A stretch of DNA of 64,000 bases from Octopus bimaculoides (taxonomy: Eukaryota). The notes below the pieces were generated by a model that did no database searches, was not told the DNA's origin, and saw only the letters and a list, made by a program, of their open reading frames with translations. Positions within the stretch are counted from its first letter, which is position 1, and each line of letters begins with the position of its first letter. The stretch covers positions 70,011,286-70,075,285 of the forward strand of contig NC_068989.1 in NCBI RefSeq assembly GCF_001194135.2, read 5' to 3'. Shown here in pieces: positions 1 to 12,760 of this stretch. Position numbers and translations under genes: made by a program.

Positions 1-149
1 TTGCAATACACTCTAGGATTTTATAAAATAAACTAGCTTGCCCTTTGCCGTCAAAATTGATGGATAATTGTAGTATTTTATATATAAATATGGATGGTAA
101 ATCAAATTAATAGACTTGTCAATGTTCACATACATTCACATACTTCCCC

Positions 150-366
150 ATCCCACCAGTTTGTCATCACCTAAATATTCTCCCTATTTTACATTCAAAC
201 TGGCCAGATCTGGCCTGCCACACCTGTCCTACGATGTCATTCTAAATATACACATAATCACATCATCGAAATCTCAAAGCTGTGAAATAATACAAGATTA
301 ATTCAAAACAATGTGAATAAATAAGTATTACATTTAACAGAGCAATCTGAATGCTGAAGGGTTATG
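150..366 (-). mobile_element. piggyBac-like MITE family 2, copy 1
   Basis: Reverse-orientation match to 20745-20909 (gcattcagatt...ttgttttgaattaatc...gatgatgtgatt...); terminus aagggtta resembles a piggyBac-type CCCTT end. Confidence 0.5.
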
Positions 367-1223
367 AAGTCTAGACAAGTCTATCTAGCAATGATAGACT
401 AGTCTATCCTGCTAATTAAAAGACAGCAAAACCTATCAGTTCACTACTGACATTTTCTATCATAGTTTTCAATCACTAACTCTATTTTTCTGTTTTTGTT
501 CTTCATTGACATATAAAAATTATAAAGTTATATCATCTGTCAAGAAACAGCTGTTTGTTGTATAATCTATCAAGGGAACTATTGGAAATGTTCTATTGTT
601 GTCTTAACACAACTTTCTTCTTTTTTTTTTATCAAATATGTTGTGATTTGAATATATTGTAAATAGTTATTTTGTGATGAAATCATCTTGGGAAATCATT
701 TTTGATTTCCGTTTAAAGATCCTTCATCTCTGCATACTTTCTTCAGATGTAATAATAAAAAATGTAAAAAAAGTTTTCAATTAAATGTAATCTGAATTCA
801 ATCCTCTTATACTCAGAAATTTAATAAATCAGTGAATTTAAATATAAATTTCAAATTTGGCACAAGACCAGCAATTTTAGGGGAGGGGTAAGTCAATTAC
901 ATCAACCCCTGTGTTCAGCTGGTATTTATTTTATTGACCTCAAAAGGATGACCCTAATTGATAAACTGGTACATTAAACAATATGCTATGTCTTTTTGAC
1001 CTGTATCTATATTGATAAAAAAACTCTTTGTGTATCTAAGTTGTTTATCATTAGATCTATGATCAAAATCATTCAAATTGTAACCATCATTTTAGTGGGT
1101 ACGTCTATAGTTACATTATTTGATGCCCTTTCTTGATTTAAGATGGCAAGGTGTAATTTGGAGATTTAGCTGCTCTTTCAAGCAGGTTGGTCAGCCATGT
1201 TAGTTTTTCCAGTGTTATTTCTT

Positions 1224-1274
<51 letters not shown>

Positions 1275-1289
1275 TATATGATATAATAG

Positions 1290-1440
1290 GCACAGGCATG
1301 ACTGTGTGATTATGAAGTTTGCTTCCCAAATATATGGTCTTGGGTTCAGTCCTACTGTATAGCTCCTTCTACTATGGTCTCAGACTACCAAAGCCTTGTG
1401 AGTGAGTTTGGTTGATGGAAACTGAAAGAAGCTTGTCATG
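1290..1440 (+). repeat. tRNA-derived SINE family A copy
   Basis: ggcatgactgtgtg...aagtttgcttccc...ctactatggtctc...caaagccttgtgagtg...ggaaactgaaagaag, shared with copies near 7700-7840(-), 21690-21820(-), 32530-32670, 33688-33815, 58230-58380(-) and 59945-60100. Confidence 0.75.
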
Positions 1441-4334
1441 TGTATATCTTTGCTTGTTTCTCCTCATCTTGACATCACGTGATTGTTGTAAATGAGTGTT
1501 GTCACTGTCATACAAGGAATGTGATTCAGTTCCATTATTCTGCAAAAACATGTTGCTTGGCTGCAGTTAAGAGTAGGTGTCAGGAAAGGCATCTTCCCAT
1601 AGAAAATATGCCTCAGTAAACTGTGCAACTCATACAAGCATGAAAAAGTGGATATCATGATGATGGTATATATGTGTGTGCGTGTGTTCACGCACATGTA
1701 CACTCACACACAAAGAGCTTCTACACAGTTTCTATCTACCATCATTCACTCACAAGGCATTGATTGGCCCTGGGTTATAGTAGAAGACACTTGCCAAAGG
1801 TGTCATGAAGAAACTATATAGAAGGCTGTTCAGTGTGTGTGTGTGACAACTGGTATTGGTTTGTTTATATCTTTGTAACTTGGCAATTCCATAGAAGGGG
1901 GATTGATAGAATATACACCAGGGTGCCTTGTAAAATGCATTGGTGTGGGTACTGGTGCCACATAAAAGACACTGGTAATAGTGCCATGTAAAAAGCACCC
2001 AGTGCACTTTGTAGAGTGGTTGGCATTAGGAAGGATATCCAGCTGTAAAAACCAAGCTAAAACAAACTTTGGCCCCTAGCTTTGCCAGTTCCTGTCAAGC
2101 CGTCCAACCCATGCCTGCCAGTAAAACAGACATTAAATGTTGATGATGACTTCCACTCATACAAGGTTTGATCTGATCTACTAAATCCAGTCACAATATT
2201 TAATGGCTCTCCACACAGTTTCTCTTCACTTATTCCATTGACAAATGATGGCCAAGGTGCCATGCAGTGGGATTGAACCTGAAACTATGTGGTTATAAAG
2301 CAAGCTTCTCAACATGCAGAACCTTTTTTTTTTTTTTAATAATTATATTTCTTGGATCCTGTCAAGCCATCCAACCCATGCTAACATGGAATAGGGATGC
2401 TAAATACTGATGATAATAATGATGGTGATGTTGTATTTTTGTCTGTCTTTTAGTTCAGGTTGTGATTTTTTAATTAAATTTAAAGAAACAAAATTAAGGC
2501 TTCAGGAGCTGCTCTTCACATTGGCTTGTTTAGATAATATTAATCTAAAAGTGAGATTTTTTGTTTGTTATTCTTAATCATTTTAGCATATACTACTACA
2601 TATAGAAAAACATTTTCACTTTATAATAGTTGGAATTACAAGTTCGGCTTGTTTTCATCTTCTTTATTCCTTTTTGTTTTGATACAACCATGGATTTATT
2701 CTAATCCATATCCAGTTTATAAAATGGAGGTGAAGCCTAAAGAGGATAAGCTTATGGATGACTTAAAAGTTCCAATCCATCTAAAGGTTACTGGCAAAAA
2801 TTTCCCTTGATTTTTTTTGAGATTGTTGCACTATTGATGTCAGATCAAATTATTTGTTGGGAAATGTTAATGAATTTTTTAAATTACACAGCTAACAATA
2901 ATAAAGAAAAATAAATTACTGGAGTTTGTTAATTCAATGTCATTCATGTGAAAAACTGTCAGTGTTAGTGATATGACATACGACTTCTCGTCATCACTGT
3001 TATATCTGAACTGTTATAATATCAAACATTCCTGATGTTCTCTTATTACTCTCCAACTGTATCTTCAACAAGCCACTCCACAATATCTCTATTCAATAGT
3101 TCCTATAACATGTACAATATGGCTGCGCATATGACATTCTTTCCAGACTGTTCTGCACGTGCTCATTTATACTAACTAGTATAGTTCACTTAGCCAATCA
3201 TGGGGTGGGGTACAGATTCCACATACAACAGTGAGTGTTAATATTAACATTCTTAACATATTTAATGTAGTGACTGTCAAAAATACTTGTGGTGTTGAAA
3301 GGACAATATTAGCTCATAGGCTAACATTACTTTAAACTTCCATTGAGGAGGTCTTATACATCAGAAACATGTTAGAGTTGTCTCCCTGTTTTGAAGGGGA
3401 GGTTATGTTATTTTACTTGCTGGCTCTGGTGGAAGGACCAGTGCTCATGACCTCTGCAAGCTCTCCTAAACAGGTGAAATTCTTGCCATTAATGTTCCTC
3501 TTGAATCTTTGCACATCAACATCTTATGGAAAGGCTTCGACTAAGATAGCATTCCATATGGCCAAGATTGTAGGAAGGAAGTCTGTGCACAGTAGTTAGT
3601 CTAAGGCCAGTGGAATGGACATTACAAGGATGATGAGAGGAGGAGAGATGAGTTGGTCAGGAGGTGGCATGTGCCTAGCCAGCTCCAAGGAGCAGAGGCC
3701 ATTATAATAATAGTAGAAATGGCAGAGAGTAAAGACAGTATACCAGTGAGCCAGAGACAAGAGTTTGTCTACAGGTGACTTTATGCCCTTTAAAATGATT
3801 AAAATGATATTAATCATTGGGCTATTGTTATCTCATTCATACTATAAGTCTTTCTAATTAGATTTATTTTCTCATTACATTAAATCTGTTAACACTAATT
3901 CAACAATACTTTAGTCTCAAAGGATCTAGTTGTAAACAGACACAATGCAATCTATTTTTATTTCTTTTTTTTTTATCCAATATGCTTAAATATTTCATCA
4001 TAGCAAGCTTTCCAAATGGTCTAGGTTTTCTGTTGCCTTTATTTTTTGGTTAAAGAGTAAAGAACAGACATGATTAAAATATCGTAAATTTACAAAATGA
4101 CACATTTAATGGAAGATTTGATAGACTTGTACAACATGTTGTGGTAGTGGTTTGGTTTTCTTTTACATTCTCAATTCAAATCTCACTCAAAGAGTAATGA
4201 GAATAGTTAGTTAAATCAACCTCAATATTTTATTGGTACAAAATTTTTTCAACTGCAAGAGGATGAAAGATGACGTCAACTCTGACAAGAGTTGAACTTT
4301 GTAACCTGGCATTCAAAGCACACTGTGAAACATA

Positions 4335-4567
4335 CAGGGCTGGCCAAAAGTCACCCAAGAGTAAATTAAAATTCCATAAATACTATCTGTAATTCTGTAT
4401 TAACTCAAATGGAAAAATGTGTTGCTCAAGAAGGACTTCAGTTTGAACAATTTACATGATGTTTCATATTTAGATGCTTTTATTAAATTCATTCACTTGT
4501 TAAACATAATTAAATCTTGGAATTAAATGGTTTTGATTTACTGTCAGTTGACTTTTGGCCAATCCTG
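4335..4567. mobile_element. Tc1/mariner-type MITE
   Basis: TIRs cagggctggccaaaagtcacc / gttgacttttggccaatcctg, with TA on both sides (4333-34, 4568-69). Confidence 0.8.
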
Positions 4568-6044
4568 TATAGTCTAGCTTATTGACTCACTCCTTCTGTT
4601 TTCATACTCAGTGATCTAGTATACTGATACAAGGCCATAAATTTACAGCTAAGAAGTAGAGTCTAGTAGACCCCAGTATATCACTGCTACTTTTACTTTT
4701 AATAGCTTAGTCAGAGGAAGAAGGGTTTTACCTATAAATCTTTTTCCAGGGTTGACAGGTAGGAGTCATCCTCTGATAGTAATTGAGGTGCAAATGCTTG
4801 CTATAAAGTTTGCAAAAAGTGTCAAAGGGCCAGATGGTGTTAAACCAGACAATGGATTAAATCAACTCATTATATTGACCCTGGAAAGAAGAAAGGCAAT
4901 ATATTTTGACAATGTAAACAGACATAACTAAGGCACTTTCAGTTCAGTCCATTATCATTTCTGTAGCTCTCCAGCCTCTTGTTTCCATATAAAATTTCTT
5001 TAAATTCTTTCACTTTAGTAATTAACTTAAGAATCTGTGAAACATTTGATTAGAATATTTTCCTCTCATTCAATTTAATCACTCAAACTTATTTAATTCA
5101 CCATGAATTTTCTTCTACTGCATGGCCAGATTTCACTGTCATCAAATTATCACCACCTTAACATTACTTACTGGAGTAAATTAATATTATTTACTTAGAA
5201 AATTACTTTGGCTTCGTTCATAGACAGACATTTTCTAAACATAGTATTTCAGCAACATTATACGACAGTATTTATTCATGGTTTGAAGACTGGAAGTTTT
5301 TATGTCCGAATTCATGTTAAATAAACTAAACAAATTTTGAAGTTATCATAAAATACTTCCACATTGTCATTTTCTTCTGCATTTGTAAGAAGCTTTCATA
5401 AATAATGAGAACATATTAATGGATATTTATCCTAGCTGAAGCGTTAAATGATCCATTCTTTTGAAAAATCTGCATTAAATATATTAATGGATGGTAATAA
5501 AAACAATTCAACTTAATGCTAGTGTAGAGAGCATTTTCTCAGTTTTAGTTAGGGAACTTTCCTTACTGCATCCTAAAATTTTAATATTGAATCTGAATGG
5601 TTTGAAAGCCACATAAATTATACAATGCTTTGAAATCGAGTATTGCACTTTGCTAAACTGGAAAAGGTTTTTTTCCTTTTATGCTGGTTGATTGAGAACA
5701 AATCAGTGTGTTAAAAATATCTATTTGTTTTACATGCTTTTCCTTCTCTCCTCCACTCTCACTACTGGCATGGATTAGGCATATATATTATTGAGGTATG
5801 GTTTTGCAGCTGGATACCCTTCCTGTCACTAATGTGTATCTGCTTTTTTTCAAGTAAAAGATCTCTCATTCCAAATGTTTTCTATGGTGTGAGGTGAGCA
5901 GATTTGTTGACAGGAGAACTTTTAACTACAGTATGACTCATATCAAGCAATGTTTGTTGCAAATGTAAACGAATGTGTAGATATGCATGCACACACGCTG
6001 TGCATATGAATACACACACACACACATGCGTATATGACTTAGCG

Positions 6045-6280
6045 TTCTGTCGGTTTGACAACAAGGGTTCCAGTTGATCCAATCAATGGAACAGCCAGCT
6101 CATGAAATTAGCATGCAAGTGGCTGAGCACTCCACAAACACACATAACTTTAATGTAATTCCTAGGGAGATTCAGCATGACACAGAATGTAACAAGGCTG
6201 GCCCCTTAAATTACAGATGCTACTCATTTTTACCAGCTGAGCAGACTGGAGCATGGTGAAATAAAATGTCTTGCTCAAGG
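6045..6280 (-). repeat. SINE family B copy (5'-truncated, reverse)
   Basis: Reverse complement matches 6566-6805: tccttgagcaagac...aaaaatgagtag...gctgaatctccct...ggatcaactggaaccctt. Confidence 0.8.
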
Positions 6281-6489
6281 ATAAAATGAATACACATATC
6301 AAACGGGCTTCTTTCAGTTTCTGTCTATCAAATTCACTTATAAGGCTTTTGATCAACCCAAGGCTACAGTACAAGACATTTGCCCACGACATTTGTACAG
6401 TGGGACTGACCTGAAACCTGAAGTATATTAAAAACACACACACACACACACACATATATAGATATGAAGCTGTGGTTATGAATTGTGAA

Positions 6490-6805
6490 GGCACATGGCT
6501 TAGTAGTTAGGGTATTCAGCTCGCAATCGTAGGATCGCAAGTTCGATTCCCAGCAATGCATTGTGTCCTTGAGCAAGGCACTTTATTTCAGTTGAGTGCT
6601 CCAGTCCACTCAACTGGCAAAAATGAGTAGTACCTGCATTTCAGCCTTGTCACACTCTGTGTCATGCTGAATCTCCCTGAGGACTACATTAAGAGTTCAT
6701 GTGTCTGTGAAGTTCTCAGCCATTTGCACGTTAATCTCATGAGCAAGCTGTTCCATTGATCAGATCAACTGGAACCCTTGTCATCATAAGCGAAGGAGTG
6801 CCAGT
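6490..6805 (+). repeat. SINE family B copy with tRNA-like head
   Basis: ggcacatggcttagtagttagg (A-box-like) ... gttcgattcc (B-box-like); body shared with 22372-22690, 46254-46390 and 55725-55975. Confidence 0.8.
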
Positions 6806-6987
6806 TCTTTTTGGTTCTGAATTAATAGTCGTTTCATAGTTTGAAGATTTAGTAAATACTTTTATGTCTTTCTTGACTTCATTGCTTTTTCTGAGGATGA
6901 CACATCAGAAAAGGTTTGTCTAAGGATTTTAAAACCAGTTAAGAGCAGATGCCCTTAAAGCCAGGAACTTTCCAGCTCCTCCTTGTC

Positions 6988-7024
<37 letters not shown>

Positions 7025-8220
7025 AAGTACTGTTATAATATTGGGTTTTATTTACAATCCAAAATAATAATTAATACTTTTTCCTATTGTTTCCATAATG
7101 TGAAGTTATTGATGAAGCAGTTATTCTACTGGCACTGATTTTTTTTTTTTATCTTATGCTAACAATTCATTTATATTAAATTGGTTTGTAGTTTCTTATG
7201 AATCCTTTCCATTTTGAAATTGATGGAATGTATTATCATTTCTACAAAAAATTGACTTCTTTGACATTTGAAACTTTATTATTCAGTCTTGAAAATACTT
7301 CGAAATATTTATTAAAAAATTTTTTTTTTAAGTTCTAACTTAAACATTAGTTTAGAGTGTGGTCTCCCTCACTGCTGAAGAAGTGAGATGAAAGTAAAAT
7401 GTAAGCTAATGGAAAAAGTGAAATAGGAATATTGAAGTGGTGATTTTCATCATCATCATCATCTTCTTTTTAACATCCACTTATCCATGTTCACATGGTT
7501 TGGATGGAATTTGTAGAGAGTTGATGACCCACCCTTACCTGTTTTCAAGCAAAATATTTCCTTATGGCCAGACATGGTTTTGTGGAAGATTGGAAATGAA
7601 GGATGTAACTTATATGACAGTGACAGTCATTTATAGCTATAACATGATATCAAGACAAGGAGACATTAACACATATATGTAAATACACACATATACAATA
7701 AGCTTCTTTCAGTTTCAGTCTATCATATTCACTCACAAGGTGTTGGTCAGCCCATGGCTATAATAGAAGACACTTGCCATACAGTGAGACTGAACACAAA
7801 ATCATGTGGTTGCGAAGCAAACTTCTTAACCATACAGCCTTGCTTGTACCTTGTACATGTTAAATTAAAGAAAATAAAACATTGGTCCAAACAAGCTAAG
7901 TAACATGTAAATTGAGAGACAACCATATATTTTTCTGGCATCAAATTGTTGGTTTATATACTGTTTTGATTGATGTCTCATAAGCTTATTAATTGGGAGT
8001 GCAAACCAATATTGGTTCCTATCTCTTGTGTAGCAATTCTCAGTTGAATAATGTATATATTTCTGTAGTTAGTTATAACAAAAAAAAAAAAAAAAATGAT
8101 TGTTATTCAACATTTTGTCATGTTTTCATTATAGAAAATGACATTAAAACAGAGACGTATTGTACAATTCCATGTTTATTCTTCAGTAACAATCAATAAA
8201 TTTTCATCTGTTTATTCTAG

Positions 8221-8469
8221 GTTATTGCTGCTGAACCTGTTCAACTGTTAATGAAGCTGAGAGTTTATTTGGCAAACATCTGGAATATCTGGGACACATG
8301 CGCCATCTTGTTTTTTTCATTAGGAGTGTGTTTGCGGTTCAACGCAGACACTTTACAAGCCTCTCGTCTTGTTTATATCGTAGATGTTGTTTTGTGGTAC
8401 ATTCGTATTCTTGAAGTGCTCAGTGTTAATAAATACCTTGGGCCATATTTGAAGATCATTTGCAAGCTG
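8221..8469 (+). CDS. TRPM3: TRPM1/3-like channel, internal exon (end of S2, S3, S4, S4-S5 linker)
   Basis: ttctag acceptor and CTG|gtaagt donor, phase 0/0. Translates VIAAEPVQLLMKLRVYLANIWNIWDTCAILFFSLGVCLRF...LWYIRILEVLSVNKYLGPYLKIICKL, matching the TRPM3-type motifs ILMSEP..., WN..D, WYIRLL...VNKYLGPY. Family call is firm; the TRPM3 symbol means 'most similar to', not proven orthology. Confidence 0.95.
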
Positions 8470-8497
8470 GTAAGTATCTGTAACAAAATTAGTATAA

Positions 8498-8790
8498 CTT
8501 TAACATTTTTGTTTACCAGATTTCTGCGTTTTGTTTCAATTAATTTTGAAAATAATGAAGAATTTAATAAAATTACTTTGTCATAAATTAACATGAAATT
8601 TTGATGGAAGGTGTTAACTTAGATTACTTTTACCCTTTTGTTACCATATTTCTTTTGAAATACACTGCGTTTTGTTTCAATTAATTTTGAAATTGAAGAA
8701 TTTAATAAAATTACTTTGTCATTATTAAGCTGAAGTTTGTATCATAGAACCATGGAACAGTTACAGGTGGGCTGGTATCAAAAGAGTTAC
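8498..8790. mobile_element. piggyBac-like MITE family 1, partially duplicated
   Basis: Internal sequence gttttgtttcaattaattttgaaa...gaagaatttaataaaattactttgtc occurs twice; ends acccttttgttacc and ggtatcaaaagagtta resemble those of 12537-12760 and 19845-20352. Confidence 0.65.
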
Positions 8791-9589
8791 TGAGAAATTG
8801 TTAAATTATACAAAGAAAAAATAGATTTAAATTACAAAACTGTCTTTTACTGTTACTTTATGATGTGAATTTTAAGCTTAATCTGCTGTTCTGTATTCTG
8901 TGTTCAAATTTCACTGAAGTTGATTCAATCAACTACAAAAATTGGCTTAGTTGAAAGAAAGCAATCAATCAATAAAGAGAAAACTTTTTTAACAAAACAT
9001 TTGTTTTGGTAACAAAATGAATTGATTTTGGAGCTTTTGCTATGCACATTTACATTTCAAAACTGCTTCTATAAAAAAGATTTTTTTTCAGACATTTTAG
9101 CAATGGTTTTGTCTAGGTCTATTGACTAGCATTTGAATTATTTTTCACTCTACATATGGAATAATTTATTTTATTCATATTGTAAAACCCAGCTAAATGT
9201 TATGCAGTTGAAGATTTTAGTCTCAGCAGATTTGAAGTTTTTTGTCATGGTTATTATATTGTTCTACACTCAGGCACCACAGTATTCTACTTGATATTTA
9301 GTGTGGGTCATCAGAGACAATTGTTAGCATTCTGATATAATTTTGGTGATTTGAGCCATAGAATACATTCAGTTGCATAAGACTTTTAAGAACAGGTAAA
9401 TGCTTGAATTTTCACAGGCAGCTTTCAATTCTTGCAAAACATGGAATAGATTTTTTCTTTTTAGGAAAAAACTATAAGTATAGAACTTGAATAATTTTTG
9501 TCACTGATTTTCTAAAAAGAAAATAATAATAATTACAGAATATGAAATCTTATTTATTAATATATTTATTTTTTTTGTTTCTATTTCAG

Positions 9590-9764
9590 CTGAGAGATAT
9601 GTCATATTTCATCATCATCTTATTCATAGTTTTAATCAGTTTTGGAATAGTGCGACAAGCTGTACACTATCAACATGAAGATCCTTCCTGGCACATTGCA
9701 CGCAATGTCTTCTTTTATCCATACTGGATGATCTATGGAGAATTGTTTGCTGAAGAAATAGATC
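9590..9764 (+). CDS. TRPM3: TRPM1/3-like channel exon (S5, pore helix, selectivity filter)
   Basis: tttcag acceptor, GAT C|gtaagt donor (phase 0/1). LRDMSYFIIILFIVLISFGIVRQAV...FFYPYWMIYGELFAEEID matches TRPM SFGV.RQAI and PYWMIYGEVFA. Confidence 0.96.
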
Positions 9765-10449
9765 GTAAGTTAGCAATATTTTTTAAACCTATTTTTAAAA
9801 ATTTCTCTTGCTCAGCTTACATTATCTCGGTTTTAGTTAGATTTTTTTTCCTTACTGAATTCTAAAACTTACTACTAATGGTTTCAGAGCCACATCAAAT
9901 ACATAGTGCTTTAAAATCAAGTACCACACTTTACTATACAGAGAAATGTTGTTTTTTTTTTTCACTCTTCTCCTGAACTTTGATTAGATGAGGGAAACAA
10001 CAGTATGTTAAAAGTTATAAGTGGTAGTTCTGAATTATTCTGAGTTAATGATCACTTCTCAGAAAAAAGCTATTCGATAACTTTTTTTTTTTTTTGACTA
10101 TTGGTTTAGTATTGATTAATTGTCTTTTGAGGAGACAGTTTCTTTTTGGATTTAAAATTATGCAGATAATAATTATCTTGGAAATAAGTAGATTAAAGTT
10201 GTCATCATTATCGACATCATCATTTCAACATCTACTTTTCCATACTTGCATGGGTCAGATGAAATTCATTGCAGGAAATTTTCTCTGGCTCGATGCCCTT
10301 CCAGTTTCCAAGCTAGTTAATATTTTCCTGCAACCCTTCAAATACAAACACAATGGCTAGACATGTAGGCAAGAAAACACAAACACCCATGCATACATAA
10401 CTACATATATATATCTGACTATGTATGTATGTATACACACACACATATA

Positions 10450-10780
10450 TCATCATCATCATTGTCGTTTAACATCTGCTTTCCATGCTAGCATGGGTTG
10501 AATGGTTTGACTGAGGACTGGCAAGCCAGAAGGCTGCACCAGGCTCAAATCTGATCTGGCAAGGTTTCTACAGCTGGATGCCCTTCCTAAAGCCAACCAC
10601 TCCAAGAGTGTAGGGGGTACTTTTTACATGCCACTGGCACAGAAGCCAGTCAGGCAGCACTGGCAATGACCACGCTTGAATTGTGCTTTTTACATGCCAC
10701 TGGCACCAGTCAGGCGGCACTGGCAACAACCACACCCGAATGGTGCTTTTTACTACAACCCCCACTCTCAAGTCTTTCCT
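10450..10780 (+). repeat. SINE-like family D copy with internal ~65-bp tandem units
   Basis: catcatcat...tttccatgctagcatgggttg...ggtttctacagctggatgcccttcct...tttttacatgccactggcac; related copies near 12085-12475, 23130-23350, 25690-25785, 33390-33590 and 2000-2150(-). Confidence 0.75.
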
Positions 10781-10829
10781 ATATTTCACGGATATGTCTC
10801 AGCACATCTTTACCTCCATCTCTTTCACT

Positions 10830-10915
10830 ATTGCTCACTTTATCTTACTCTCTCACTCACCTGCTCTCCTTATCTTACTCTCTCACTCACCTGCTCTCCT
10901 TATCTTACTCTTTAA
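10830..10915. repeat. 30-bp minisatellite (~3 units)
   Basis: ctcacctgctctccttatcttactctctca repeated directly. Confidence 0.85.
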
Positions 10916-11019
10916 CTTGTTCTATCTATCTATGTATCCCACTCTACAGGAAAACACCTGCCACAATGCTATTCCCCCATTCCCAGCCAATCATTTTTGT
11001 CTTGCATATTGCTTGGCGC

Positions 11020-11235
11020 TGATGCCATGTAAAAAGCACTGGTGCCAGTGTCACGTAAAAAGCACTGGTGCCAGTGTCACATAAAAAGCACTCAATACCC
11101 TCTGTAAAGTGGTTGGCATTAGGATGAGCATCCAGCTATAGAAACCATGCCAAAACAGACAGGTAGAGTCTGGTGCCTTAGCTGCTCCTATCAAACCATC
11201 CAACCCATGCCAGCATAAAAAACAGATAAGTGATG
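11020..11235 (-). repeat. SINE-like family D copy, reverse
   Basis: gtggttggcattaggatgagcatccagctatagaaacc...aaaccatccaacccatgccagcat is the reverse complement of the 10450-10640 head. Confidence 0.75.
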
Positions 11236-11287
11236 ATGTTGGTGTTTGTGTATGTGCATGTGTGTATAAATGTTGTGTATGTTTATA

Positions 11288-11318
<31 letters not shown>

Positions 11319-12472
11319 TTATATAGCTGTACATGTGTGTGTGTGTATATATATATATATATTTATATAGCTGCAATGTGTGTGTGTGTATATATATATG
11401 TGTGTGTGTATGTATGTAAATATATATGCATACATATATAGCTATGTATGTATTTATATGCACAAGGAAAATATTAATAGTATCTTCAACAATGTAATGA
11501 CAGTAAGTCAAAACTTGAAAATCACTGTCAACCTTTCCTTCTAAAATAAATAACTATGTTACTCTACTGAAAAGTATAGAGTGATCTTTCAGTTCAACAT
11601 TTGGCTGCTTTATATATAGCTTTACGTAAAAAAAAAAATCCATTAATTTGCATGAGCATGTTTGTGTTTTTACATTGGATGGGCTTCTTTTCAAAATGAC
11701 TTATACACACACACACACACGCATATATATATATATATATATATATATANNNNNNNNNNNNNNNNNNNNNNNNNNNNNNNNNNNNNNNNNNNNNNNNNNN
11801 NNNNNNNNNNNNNNNNNNNNNNNNNNNNNNNNNNNNNNNNNNNNNNNNNNNNNNNNNNNNNNNNNNNNNNNNNNNNNNNNNNNNNNNNNNNNNNNNNNNN
11901 NNNNNNNNNNNNNNNNNNNNNNNNNNNNNNNNNNNNNNNNNNNNNNNNNNNNNNNNNNNNNNNNNNNNNNNNNNNNNNNNNNNNNNNNNNNNNNNNNNNN
12001 NNNNNNNNNNNNNNNGCCTTTTAGCAGTTGAAATATGTCACAAACATATTTTAACTAACCTAAATTTTGCATATATATATATATCATCATCATCATCATT
12101 TAACATTTGTTTTCCATGCTGTCATGGGTTGGACGGTTTGACTGAGGACCTGCAAGCTAGTAGGCTGCACCAGGCTCCAATCTGATCTGGTAAGGTTTCT
12201 ACAGTTGGATTCCGTTCCTAAAGCCATCCACTCTGAGAGTGTAGTGGGTGCTTTTTACATGCCACTGGCATAGGAGCCAGTCATGGAGCACTGGCATCAA
12301 CCACGTTTGGATGGTACTTTTTATGTGCCACCAGCACAGTGCCAGTCAGGGGGCACTGGCATTGACCATATTCGGATGATGCTTTTTATGTGCCACCGGC
12401 ATGGGGAGCCAGTCAGGTAGCACTAGCATCGACCCATGCTCAAATGGTGCTTATTACGTGCCACCAGCATAG

Positions 12473-12510
<38 letters not shown>

Positions 12511-12536
12511 AATGAGGTTCACTAATGATTCTTTAA

Positions 12537-12760
12537 TGCTGTTATTACCATTTTTTTTTTTAATATACTGCTTTGTTTCAATTAATTTTGAAAAAAATTA
12601 AAAATTTGATAAAATAGTGAGGTCATTTATTAAGTTGGTGTTTGGAACATAAATTAACATAGAATTTTGAAGGAAGGTTGTTATTTAAAACACTTAAAAG
12701 CAGAAAATTTGTCCCATAGAATCAGGCACACTGGTCTTAAGTAGGTTGGTATCAAAAGAG
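12537..12760. mobile_element. piggyBac-like MITE family 1 copy
   Basis: TTAA at 12533-36 and 12761-64; right end ggtatcaaaagag; internal identity to 19845-20352. Confidence 0.7.

Noticed and set aside
2565-2810. 81-aa ORF as a possible upstream TRPM exon
   Set aside because: No similarity to the expected S1-S2 exon (FY.AP..KFW...EW....EK.R); I found no such exon in 1-8220, so it is probably outside the window.
6490-6560. tRNA genes at SINE heads (also 22372, 46254, 59945)
   Set aside because: Only A/B-box-like remnants attached to SINE bodies; no intact cloverleaf.
9765-9865. In-frame extension of the pore exon (RKLAIFFKP...) as a TRPM3-alpha1-like long pore variant
   Set aside because: The downstream GT sites I found (9830, 9836) would end the exon in phase 0, incompatible with the phase-1 acceptor at 17650; no usable alternative donor is visible.
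11648-12031. ORFs rich in X, YI, HT or CV (also 14460-14849, 25226-25741, 56103-56939, 59091-59418)
   Set aside because: They are produced by N gaps and microsatellites, not by coding sequence.
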